Of a DNA stretch of 64,000 nt, positions 1 through 11,100 are shown piece after piece (position 1 is the first letter of the stretch; each line of letters begins with the position of its first letter). The stretch is from contig OZ024743.1 of assembly GCA_964016885.1 (NCBI GenBank), positions 353,586,001 through 353,650,000 on the forward strand, read 5' to 3'. Origin of the DNA: Eledone cirrhosa (lineage: Eukaryota). Under the pieces are notes generated by a model. It did not search any database. It was not told the origin of the DNA and was given only the letters and a program-made list of their open reading frames with translations. Made by a program: the position numbers and the translations under genes.

Positions 1-480
1 ATACATACTTCTGTACGTCTGTATACATATATGTATGTACGCATACATACTTATATTTAAGTATCAGCCGTACTAAGAGTGAGAAATGACATTTCATTTT
101 TTACATTTATCGTTTTCGGTACACCCGACCGACTAACTCACTCGATATACAAATTAGGCTGCTCAGCCGTTAATATGCATAAGGAAAGTATATACTTTCA
201 GACGTTCAACCATCTGGCAGGAAGGTATACGATGCTGACGACAGCTAATAAGCTAGAAACTAGTTCATCGTTCCTTTGTCAGTGTTGAACAAAAGAGCGA
301 CGATGGTTGCCGAACACTGTACGGCTTAATTCGGGCGGCTTGTTACAAACAAACCGAACATTATAATAAATGTTCGGTAAACCCATACGTACATATATAT
401 ATATGTGTGCGCATGTATGTATATATATATACATACTACTGTACGTCTGTATACATATATGTATGTACGTATACATACTT
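1..480 (+). repeat. End of a diverged ~428-bp tandem repeat, homologous to the 493-bp hammerhead repeat at 30328-37547
   Basis: CTGTACGTCTGTATACATATATGTATGTACG recurs at 11 and 439 (period 428). 60-370 aligns by eye with the + oriented unit at ~36510-36900 (shared ACTAAGAGTGAGAAATGA, AAATTAGGCTGCTCAGCCGTTAAT, CATAAGGAAAGTATATACTTTC, TGTCAGTGTTGAACAAAA). Probably continues upstream of the window. Confidence 0.9.
229..271 (+). ncRNA. Minimal type I hammerhead ribozyme (diverged subfamily)
   Basis: ACGATG-CTGACGA-C-AGCT-aata-AGCT-A-GAAA-C-ta-G-TT-CATCGT: helix I ACGAUG/CAUCGU, CUGANGA and GAAA core, helix II AGCU/AGCU, palindromic helix III ACUAGU, cleavage triplet GUU. Helix I can extend over 204-290. 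Confidence 0.85.
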
Positions 481-548
481 ATATATATATATATCGTTTC
501 TGAATTTGTTTAGCAAGATTCTTTATCTGAAAACGTGTGTTGAAACCG

Positions 549-618
549 ATATTGTTATACATTGGGAGGGTCATGTTGCCAATAAAATCTTATTGGCAAC
601 ATGACCCTCCCAAAGTAT

Positions 619-626
<8 letters not shown>
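549..626. repeat. Near-perfect fold-back palindrome abutting (TA)n
   Basis: ATATTGTTATACATTGGGAGGGTCATGTTGCCAATAA-aatc-TTATTGGCAACATGACCCTCCCAAAGTATAACAATAT; one mismatch in ~37 bp arms. Confidence 0.9.
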
Positions 627-668
<42 letters not shown>

Positions 669-672
669 TGTT

Positions 673-760
<88 letters not shown>
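623..760. repeat. (TA)n microsatellite
   Basis: Direct reading; one short interruption at ~667. Confidence 0.95.
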
Positions 761-763
<3 letters not shown>

Positions 764-1424
764 AGAGTTAGAAAGATAAATAGTGATAGTAGTAGGGGTA
801 ATAGTACTGGTTGTGGTGTTGGTGGTGGTAGTAAGGTTGGTAGTGGTAGGTATAGGCAGTGGGGATTGTTATGTTGGTGGTGTTGTTGGTGGTCTTATGG
901 TTCGATTTGTCACTGGAAACGGTTGGGAACTGGTCGGCTGTCTGCATTGACAGTGTTAGAGCTACTCGGTGCCATTCTACAGAGAGACACCATTGTCTCA
1001 TAAAAGCAATGGACAAAGATGAAGTAATTCAGCAAGTGACCCGTCTAGAAATTGGTCAATGGAAGAATATATACATATATATGAAAGATGCCACACTCCA
1101 CATAAAATGTAAAATAAAAAAAAAATATATGACAACCTAAAAGACAACCACACACATAACAGATCTGTTTCGCAAGCCTCTTAACTCTGGCCTTTCCCTT
1201 GGGGCCATATAACAGTTTAAGGATAAAGTCTTATTGTATGTAACACAGCTGGATTGCGACGTTGCAGAGCAGTGTATTTGTGGTAGAAGTGGCAGTTTAA
1301 GAGAACCGATGTCCAGCATTTGATACTTAACGAGAAAATGAAGTTGAGGGAAGAGTGAAGTTTCGTTTGAAAATATCAACAATCGACAGACTAGTTTTGA
1401 GAATTTGCGGATAGAAGAAATATA

Positions 1425-1553
1425 GATATGTATATGTATATGTATATGTAAATGTATATGTATGCATGTATGTATATATATATATCTATGATTGTATGTA
1501 TGTAAGTATGTATGTATGTTTGTTTGAGTGAATGTATGTATGTATGTATCGAT

Positions 1554-1622
<69 letters not shown>

Positions 1623-1639
1623 CACTCACATATAAATAA

Positions 1640-1695
<56 letters not shown>

Positions 1696-1722
1696 CACAC
1701 ACACACACACATACACACACAT

Positions 1723-1820
<98 letters not shown>
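1425..1820. repeat. Compound microsatellite (TATG)n/(TA)n/(CA)n/(TC)n
   Basis: Direct reading. Confidence 0.95.
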
Positions 1821-2129
1821 CACCACACACACATATCAGATAAGAAACAAATAAAGAAAGGAATACATTGATAAATAAAAGTAAAATATGTAAATATGTG
1901 ATGCATGACCTTGCCCCCAGCTAAAACGACCTTTACATCTAGTGCCATTATTGTAGGTAACCCAATTGGACTGTGGGGCGATGTATTAGTGGCTGAAGTG
2001 TTTTATAAAGAGCTAGAACAGTGTCCAGCTTTATATGTATTATGTATGCTTCAAAGTGAAAGTGAATGTTAAGAGGTAATAAGACGTGTGATGTGTCAGA
2101 TGTGGGGTGTGAAGTATGATGTGTTGTTA

Positions 2130-5100
2130 ATGGTGTTGGTAGTTGTGGTTGTGGTGGTGGTGGTTAGTTGTGGTGGTGGTGGTGGTGGTGGTGGTGGTTA
2201 GTTGTGGTGGTGGTGGTGGTGGTGGTGGTGGTGGTTAGTTGTGGTTGTGGTGATGGTGGTGGTGGTGGTGGTGGTTAGTTGTGGTGGTGGTTGTGGTGGT
2301 GGTGGTGGTTGGTTGTGGTGGTGGTTGGTTGTGGTGGTGGTTGTGGTGGTGGTTAGTTGTGGTGGTGGTTGTGGTGGTGGTGGTGGTTGGTTGTGGTGGT
2401 GGTTGGTTGTGGTGGTGGTTGTGGTGGTGGTTAGTTGTGGTGGTGGTTGTGGTGGTGGAGGTGGTTGGTTGTGGTGGTGGTTGGTTGTGGTGGTGGTTGT
2501 GGTGGTGGTTAGTTGTGGTGGTGGTGGTGGTTAGTTGTGGTGGTGGTTGTGGTGGTAGTGGTGGTTAGTTGTGGTGGTGGTGGTGGTTAGTTGTGGAGGT
2601 TGTGGTGGTGGTTGGCTGTGGTGGTGGTTGGTTGTGGTGGTGGTGGTGGTTGTGGTGGTGGTTAGTTGTGGAGGTGGTTGGTTGTGGTGGTGGTTGGTTG
2701 TGGTGGTGGTTGTGGTGGTGGTTAGTTGTGGAGGTGGTTGGTTGTGGTGGTGGTTGGTTGTGGTGGTGGTTGTGGTGGTGGTTAGTTGTGGTGGTGGTGG
2801 TGGTTAGTTGTGGTGGTGGTTGTGGTGGTGGTGGTGGTTAGTTGTGGTGGTGGTGGTGGTTAGTTGTGGAGGTGGTTGGTTGTGGTGGTGGTTAGTTGTG
2901 GTGGTGGTGGTGGTGGTTAGTTGTGGTGGTGGTGGTGGTTAGTTGTGGTGGTGGTTGTGGTGGTGGTTGGATGTGGTGGTGGTGGTGGTGGTGGTTAGTT
3001 GTGGTGGTGGTTAGTTGTGGTGGTGGTTAGTTGTGGAGGTGGTTGGTTGTGGTGGTGGTTGGTTGTGGTGGTGGTTGTGGTGGTGGTTAGTTGTGGTGGT
3101 GGTGGTGGTTAGTTGTGGTGGTGGTTGTGGTGGTGGCTGGATGTGGTGGTGGTTGTGGTGGTTAGTTGTGGTTGTGGTGGTGGTTGGTTGTGGTGGTGGT
3201 TGGTTGTGGTGGTGGTTGGTTGTGGTGGTGGTTGGTTGTGGTGGTGGTTGGTTGTGGTGGTGGTTGGTTGTGGTGGTGGTTGTGGTGGTGGTTAGTTGTT
3301 GTGGTGGTGGTGGTTAGTTGTGGTGGTGGTTGGTTGTGGTGGTGGTTGGTTGTGGTGGTGGTTGTGGTGGTGGTTGGTTGTGGTTGTGGTGGTGGTGGTG
3401 GTTAGTTGTGGTGGTGGTGGTGGTTAATTGTGGTGGTGGTTAGTTGTGGTTGTGGTGGTTAGTTGTGGTGGTGGTTGGTTGTGGTGGTGGTTGGTTGTGG
3501 TGGTGGTTGGTTGTGGTGGTGGTTGGTTGTGGTGGTGGTTGTGGTGGTGGTTAGTTGTTGTGGTGGTGGTGGTTAGTTGTGGTGGTGGTTGGTTGTGGTG
3601 GTGGTTGGTTGTGGTGGTGGTTGTGGTGGTGGTTGGTTGTGGTTGTGGTGGTGGTGGTGGTTAGTTGTGGTGGTGGTGGTGGTTAATTGTGGTGGTGGTT
3701 GGTTGTGGTGGTGGTTAGTTGTGGTGGTGGTGGTGGTTAGTTGTGGTGGTGGTTGGTTGTGGTTGTGGTGGTGGTTGTGGTGGTGGTTGGTTGTGGTGGT
3801 GGTTAGTTGTGGTGGTGGTGGTGGTTAGTTGTGGTGGTGGTTGGTTGTGGTGGTGGTGGTGGTTGTGGTGGTGGTTGGTTGTGGTTGTGGTGGTGGTGGT
3901 GGTTAGTTGTGGTGGTGGTGGTGGTTAAATGTGGTGGTGGTTGGTTGTGGTGGTGGTTGGTTGTGGTGGTGGTTGTGGTGGTGGTTGGTTGTGGTTGTGG
4001 TGGTGGTGGTGGTTAGTAGTGGTGGTGGTGGTGGTTAGTTGTGGTGGTGGTTGGTTGTGGTGGTTAGTTGTGGTGGTGGTGGTTAGTTGTGGTGGTGGTT
4101 GTGGTGGTGGTGGTGGTTGGTTGTGATGGTGGTTGGTTGTGGTGGTGGATGTGGTGGTGGTTAGTTGTGGTGGTGGTGGTGGTGGTGGTGGTGGTTAGTT
4201 GTGGTGGTGGTGGTTAGTTGTGGTGGTGGTTGGTTGTGGTGGTGGTGGTGGTTGTGGTGGTGGTGGTGGTTAGTTGTGGTGGTGGTGGTTAGTTGTGGTG
4301 GTGGTTGGTTGTGGTGGTGGTGGTGGTTGTGGTGGTGGTTGGTTGTGGTGGTGGTTAGTTGTGGTGGTGGTGGTGGTTAGTTGTGGTGGTGGTTGGTTGT
4401 GGTGGTGGTGGTTGGTTGTGGTGGTGGTTGGTTGTGGTGGTGGTTGTGGTTAGTTGTGGTGGTGGTGGTGGTTAGTTGTGGAGGTTGTGGAGGTGGTTGG
4501 TTGTGGTGGTGGTTGGTTGTGGTGGTGGTTGTGGTGGTGGTTAGTTGTGGAGGTGGTTGGTTGTGGTGGTGGTTGGTTGTGGTGGTGGTTAGTTGTGGTG
4601 GTGGTTGTGGTGGTGGTGGTGGTTAGTTGTGGTGGTGGTGGTGGTTAGTTGTGGAGGTGGTTGGTTGTGGTGGTGGTTGGTTGTGGTGGTGGTTGTGGTG
4701 GTGGTTAGTTGTGGTGGTGGTGGTGGTTAGTTGTGGTGGTGGTTGTGGTGGTGGTGGTGGTTAGTTGTGGTGGTGGTGGTGGTTAGTTGTGGAGGTGGTT
4801 GGTTGTGGTGGTGGTTGGTTGTGGTGGTGGTTGTGGTGGTGGTTAGTTGTGGTGGTGGTGGTGGTTAGTTGTGGTGGTGGTTGTGGTGGTGGTTAGTTGT
4901 GGTGGTGGTGGTGGTTAGTTGTGGAGGTGGTTGGTTGTGGTGGTGGTTAGTTGTGGTGGTGGTTGTGGTTAGTTGTGGTGGTGGTTGTGGTGGTGGTTAG
5001 TTGTGGTGGTGGTGGTGGTTAGTTGTGGTGGTGGTTGTGGTGGTGGTTGGATGTGGTGGTGGTGGTGGTGGTGGTTAGTTGTGGTGGTGGTGGTGGTTAG

Positions 5101-8100
5101 TTGTGGTGGTGGTTGTGGTGGTGGTTGGATGTGGTGGCGGTGGTGGTGGTGGTTAGTTGTGGTGGTGGTGGTGGTTTGTTGTGGAGATTGTTGGTTGTGG
5201 TGGTGGTTGGTTGTGGTGGTGGTTGTGGTGGTGGTTAGTCGTGGTGGTGGTGGTGGTTAGTTGTGGTGGTGGTTGTGGTGGTGGTTGGATGTGGTGGTGG
5301 TGGTGGTGGTTAGTTGTGGTTGTGGTGGTTAGTTGTGGTGGTGGTTGGTTGTGGTGGTGGTTGGTTGTGGTGGTGGTTGTGGTGGTGGTTAGTTGTGGTG
5401 GTGATGGTGACTAGTTGTGGTGGTGGTTGGTTGTGGTGGTGGTTGGTTGTGGTGGTGGTTGGTTGTGGTTGTGGTGGTGGTGGTGGTTAGTTGTGGTGGT
5501 GGTGGTGGTTAGTTGTGGTGGTGGTTGGTTGTGGTGGTGGTTAGTTGTGGTGGTGGTGGTGGTTAGTTGTGGTGGTGGTTGGTTGTGGTGGTGGTGGTGG
5601 TTGTGGTGGTGGTTGGTTGTGGTGGTGGTTAGTTGTGGTGGTGGTGGTGGTTAGTTGTGGTGGTGGTTGGTTGTGGTGGTGGTGGTGGTTGTGGTGGTGG
5701 TTGGTTGTGGTTGTGGTGGTGGTGGTGGTTAGTTGTGGTGGTGGTGGTTAGTTGTGGTGGTGGTTGGTTGTGGTGGTTAGTTGTGGTTGTGGTGGTTAGT
5801 TGTGGTGGTGGTTGGTTGTGGTGGTGGTTGGTTGTGGTGGTGGTTGTGGTGGTGGTTAGTTGTGGTGGTGGTGGTGGTTAGTTGTGGTGGTGGTTGGTTG
5901 TGGTGGTGGTTGTGGTGGTAGTTGGTTGTGGTTGTGGTGGTGGTGGTGGTTAGTTGTGGTGGTGGTGGTTAGTTGTGGTGGTGGTTGGTTGTGGTGGTGG
6001 TGGTTGGTTGTGGTGGTGGTTGGTTGTGGTGGTGGTTAGTTGTGGTGGTGGTGGTGGTTAGTTGTGGTGGTGGTTGGTTGTGGTGGTGGTGGTTGGTTGT
6101 GGTGGTGGTTGGTTGTGGTGGTGGTTGTGGTTAGTTGTGGTGGTGGTGGTGGTTAGTTGTGGAGGTTGTGGAGGTGGTTGGTTGTGGTGGTGGTTGGTTG
6201 TGGTGGTGGTTGTGGTGGTGGTTAGTTGTGGAGGTGGTTGGTTGTGGTGGTGGTTGGTTGTGGTGGTGGTTAGTTGTTGTGGTGGTTGTGGTGGTGGTGG
6301 TGGTTAGTTGTGGTGGTGGTGGTGGTTAGTTGTGGAGGTGGTTGGTTGTGGTGGTGGTTGGTTGTGGTGGTGGTTGAGGTGGTGGTTAGTTGTGGTGGTG
6401 GTGGTGGTTAGTTGTGGTGGTGGTTGTGGTGGTGGTGGTGGTTAGTTGTGGTGGTGGTGGTGGTTAGTTGTGGAGGTGGTTGGTTGTGGTGGTGGTTGGT
6501 TGTGGTGGTGGTTGTGGTGGTGGTTAGTTGTGGTGGTGGTGGTGGTTAGTTGTGGTGGTGGTTGTGGTGGTGGTTAGTTGTGGTGGTGGTGGTGGTTAGT
6601 TGTGGAGGTGGTTGGTTGTGGTGGTGGTTAGTTGTGGTGGTGGTTGTGGTTAGTTGTGGTGGTGGTTGTGGTGGTGGTTAGTTGTGGTGGTGGTGGTGGT
6701 TAGTTGTGGTGGTGGTTGTGGTGGTGGTTGGATGTGGTGGTGGTGGTGGTGGTGGTTAGTTGTGGTGGTGGTGGTGGTTAGTTGTGGTGGTGGTTGTGGT
6801 GGTGGTTGGATGTGGTGGCGGTGGTGGTGGTGGTTAGTTGTGGTGGTGGTGGTGGTTTGTTGTGGAGATTGTTGGTTGTGGTGGTGGTTGGTTGTGGTGG
6901 TGGTTGTGGTGGTGGTTAGTCGTGGTGGTGGTGGTGGTTAGTTGTGGTGGTGGTTGTGGTGGTGGTTGGATGTGGTGGTGGTGGTGGTGGTTAGTTGTGG
7001 TTGTGGTGGTTAGTTGTGGTGGTGGTTGGTTGTGGTGGTGGTTGGTTGTGGTGGTGGTTGTGGTGGTGGTTAGTTGTGGTGGTGATGGTAACTAGTTGTG
7101 GTGGTGGTTGGTTGTGGTGGTGGTTGGTTGTGGATGTGGTTGGTTGTGGTTGTGGTGGTGGTGGTGGTTAGTTGTGGTGGTGGTGGTGGTTAGTTGTGGT
7201 GGTGGTTGGTTGTGGTGGTGGTTAGTTGTGGTGGTGGTGGTGGTTAGTTGTGGTGGTGGTTGGTTGTGGTGGTGGTGGTGGTTGTGGTGGTGGTTGGTTG
7301 TGGTGGTGGTTAGTTGTGGTGGTGGTGGTGGTTAGTTGTGGTGGTGGTTGGTTGTGGTGGTGGTGGTGGTTGTGGTGGTGGTTGTGGTTGTGGTGGTGGT
7401 GGTGGTTAGTTGTGGTGGTGGTGGTGGTTAGTTGTGGTGGTGGTTGGTTGTGGTGGTTAGTTGTGGTTGTGGTGGTTAGTTGTGGTGGTGGTTGGTTGTG
7501 GTGGTGGTTGGTTGTGGTGGTGGTTGTGGTGGTGGTTAGTTGTGGTGGTGGTGGTGGTTAGTTGTGGTGGTGGTGGTGGTTAGTTGTGGTGGTGGTTGGT
7601 TGTGGTGGTGGTTGTGGTGGTAGTTGGTTGTGGTTGTGGTGGTGGTGGTGGTTAGTTGTGGTGGTGGTGGTGGTTGTGGTGGTGGTTAGTTGTGGAGGTG
7701 GTTGGTTGTGGTGGTGGTTGGTTGTGGTGGTGGTTGTGGTGGTGGTTAGTTGTGGAGGTGGTTGGTTGTGGTGGTGGTTGGTTGTGGTGGTGGTTGTGGT
7801 GGTGGTTAGTTGTGGTGGTGGTGGTGGTTAGTTGTGGTGGTGGTTGTGGTGGTGGTGGTGGTTAGTTGTGGTGGTGGTGGTGGTTAGTTGTGGAGGTGGT
7901 TGGTTGTGGTGGTGGTTAGTTGTGGTGGTGGTGGTGGTGGTTAGTTGTGGTGGTGGTGGTGGTTAGTTGTGGTGGTGGTTGTGGTGGTGGTTGGATGTGG
8001 TGGTGGTGGTGGTGGTGGTTAGTTGTGGTGGTGGTTAGTTGTGGTGGTGGTTAGTTGTGGAGGTGGTTGGTTGTGGTGGTGGTTGGTTGTGGTGGTGGTT

Positions 8101-11100
8101 GTGGTGGTGGTTAGTTGTGGTGGTGGTGGTGGTTAGTTGTGGTGGTGGTTGTGGTGGTGGCTGGATGTGGTGGTGGTTGTGGTGGTTAGTTGTGGTTGTG
8201 GTGGTGGTTGGTTGTGGTGGTGGTTGGTTGTGGTGGTGGTTGGTTGTGGTGGTGGTTGGTTGTGGTGGTGGTTGGTTGTGGTGGTGGTTGTGGTGGTGGT
8301 TAGTTGTTGTGGTGGTGGTGGTTAGTTGTGGTGGTGGTTGGTTGTGGTGGTGGTTGGTTGTGGTGGTGGTTGTGGTGGTGGTTGGTTGTGGTTGTGGTGG
8401 TGGTGGTGGTTAGTTGTGGTGGTGGTGGTGGTTAATTGTGGTGGTGGTTAGTTGTGGTTGTGGTGGTTAGTTGTGGTGGTGGTTGGTTGTGGTGGTGGTT
8501 GGTTGTGGTGGTGGTTGGTTGTGGTGGTGGTTGGTTGTGGTGGTGGTTGTGGTGGTGGTTAGTTGTTGTGGTGGTGGTGGTTAGTTGTGGTGGTGGTTGG
8601 TTGTGGTGGTGGTTGGTTGTGGTGGTGGTTGTGGTGGTGGTTGGTTGTGGTTGTGGTGGTGGTGGTGGTTAGTTGTGGTGGTGGTGGTGGTTAATTGTGG
8701 TGGTGGTTGGTTGTGGTGGTGGTTAGTTGTGGTGGTGGTGGTGGTTAGTTGTGGTGGTGGTTGGTTGTGGTTGTGGTGGTGGTTGTGGTGGTGGTTGGTT
8801 GTGGTGGTGGTTAGTTGTGGTGGTGGTGGTGGTTAGTTGTGGTGGTGGTTGGTTGTGGTGGTGGTGGTGGTTGTGGTGGTGGTTGGTTGTGGTTGTGGTG
8901 GTGGTGGTGGTTAGTTGTGGTGGTGGTGGTGGTTAAATGTGGTGGTGGTTGGTTGTGGTGGTGGTTGGTTGTGGTGGTGGTTGTGGTGGTGGTTGGTTGT
9001 GGTTGTGGTGGTGGTGGTGGTTAGTAGTGGCGGTGGTGGTGGTTAGTTGTGGTGGTGGTTGGTTGTGGTGGTTAGTTGTGGTGGTGGTGGTTAGTTGTGG
9101 TGGTGGTTGTGGTGGTGGTGGTGGTTGGTTGTGGTGGTGGTTGGTTGTGGTGGTGGTTGTGGTGGTGGTTAGTTGTGGTGGTGGTGGTGGTGGTGGTGGT
9201 GGTGGTGGTGGTTAGTTGTGGTGGTGGTGGTTAGTTGTGGTGGTGGTTGGTTGTGGTGGTGGTGGTGGTTGTGGTGGTGGTGGTGGTTAGTTGTGGTGGT
9301 GGTGGTTAGTTGTGGTGGTGGTTGGTTGTGGTGGTGGTGGTGGTTGTGGTGGTGGTTGGTTGTGGTGGTGGTTAGTTGTGGTGGTGGTGGTGGTTAGTTG
9401 TGGTGGTGGTTGGTTGTGGTGGTGGTGGTTGGTTGTGGTGGTGGTTGGTTGTGGTGGTGGTTGTGGTTAGTTGTGGTGGTGGTGGTGGTTAGTTGTGGAG
9501 GTTGTGGAGGTGGTTGGTTGTGGTGGTGGTTGGTTGTGGTGGTGGTTGTGGTGGTGGTTAGTTGTGGAGGTGGTTGGTTGTGGTGGTGGTTGGTTGTGGT
9601 GGTGGTTAGTTGTGGTGGTGGTTGTGGTGGTGGTGGTGGTTAGTTGTGGTGGTGGTGGTGGTTAGTTGTGGAGGTGGTTGGTTGTGGTGGTGGTTGGTTG
9701 TGGTGGTGGTTGTGGTGGTGGTTAGTTGTGGTGGTGGTGGTGGTTAGTTGTGGTGGTGGTTGTGGTGGTGGTGGTGGTTAGTTGTGGTGGTGGTGGTGGT
9801 TAGTTGTGGAGGTGGTTGGTTGTGGTGGTGGTTGGTTGTGGTGGTGGTTGTGGTGGTGGTTAGTTGTGGTGGTGGTTGTGGTGGTGGTTAGTTGTGGTGG
9901 TGGTGGTGGTTAGTTGTGGAGGTGGTTGGTTGTGGTGGTGGTTAGTTGTGGTGGTGGTTGTGGTTAGTTGTGGTGGTGGTTGTGGTGGTGGTTAGTTGTG
10001 GTGGTGGTGGTGGTTAGTTGTGGTGGTGGTTGTGGTGGTGGTTGGATGTGGTGGTGGTGGTGGTGGTGGTTAGTTGTGGTGGTGGTGGTGGTTAGTTGTG
10101 GTGGTGGTTGTGGTGGTGGTTGGATGTGGTGGCGGTGGTGGTGGTGGTTAGTTGTGGTGGTGGTGGTGGTTTGTTGTGGAGATTGTTGGTTGTGGTGGTG
10201 GTTGGTTGTGGTGGTGGTTGTGGTGGTGGTTAGTCGTGGTGGTGGTGGTGGTTAGTTGTGGTGGTGGTTGTGGTGGTGGTTGGATGTGGTGGTGGTGGTG
10301 GTGGTTAGTTGTGGTTGTGGTGGTTAGTTGTGGTGGTGGTTGGTTGTGGTGGTGGTTGGTTGTGGTGGTGGTTGTGGTGGTGGTTAGTTGTGGTGGTGAT
10401 GGTGACTAGTTGTGGTGGTGGTTGGTTGTGGTGGTGGTTGGTTGTGGTGGTGGTTGGTTGTGGTTGTGGTGGTGGTGGTGGTTAGTTGTGGTGGTGGTGG
10501 TGGTTAGCTGTGGTGGTGGTTGGTTGTGGTGGTGGTTAGTTGTGGTGGTGGTGGTGGTTAGTTGTGGTGGTGGTTGGTTGTGGTGGTGGTGGTGGTTGTG
10601 GTGGTGGTTGGTTGTGGTGGTGGTTAGTTGTGGTGGTGGTGGTGGTTAGTTGTGGTGGTGGTTGGTTGTGGTGGTGGTGGTGGTTGTGGTGGTGGTTGGT
10701 TGTGGTTGTGGTGGTGGTGGTGGTTAGTTGTGGTGGTGGTGGTGGTTAGTTGTGGTGGTGGTTGGTTGTGGTGGTTAGTTGTGGTTGTGGTGGTTAGTTG
10801 TGGTGGTGGTTGGTTGTGGTGGTGGTTGGTTGTGGTGGTGGTTGTGGTGGTGGTTAGTTGTGGTGGTGGTGGTGGTTAGTTGTGGTGGTGGTTGGTTGTG
10901 GTGGTGGTTGTGGTGGTAGTTGGTTGTGGTTGTGGTGGTGGTGGTGGTTAGTTGTGGTGGTGGTGGTGGTTAGTTGTGGTGGTGGTTGGTTGTGGTGGTG
11001 GTTAGTTGTGGTGGTGGTGGTAGTTTGTTGTGGTGGTGGTCGGTTGTGGTGGTGGTTGGTTGTGGCGGTGGTTGTGGTGGTGGTTGGTTGTGGTGGTGGT

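Noticed and set aside
860-1400. Possible exon or element fragment in unique-looking sequence
   Set aside because: No recognisable motif or convincing splice structure in any frame
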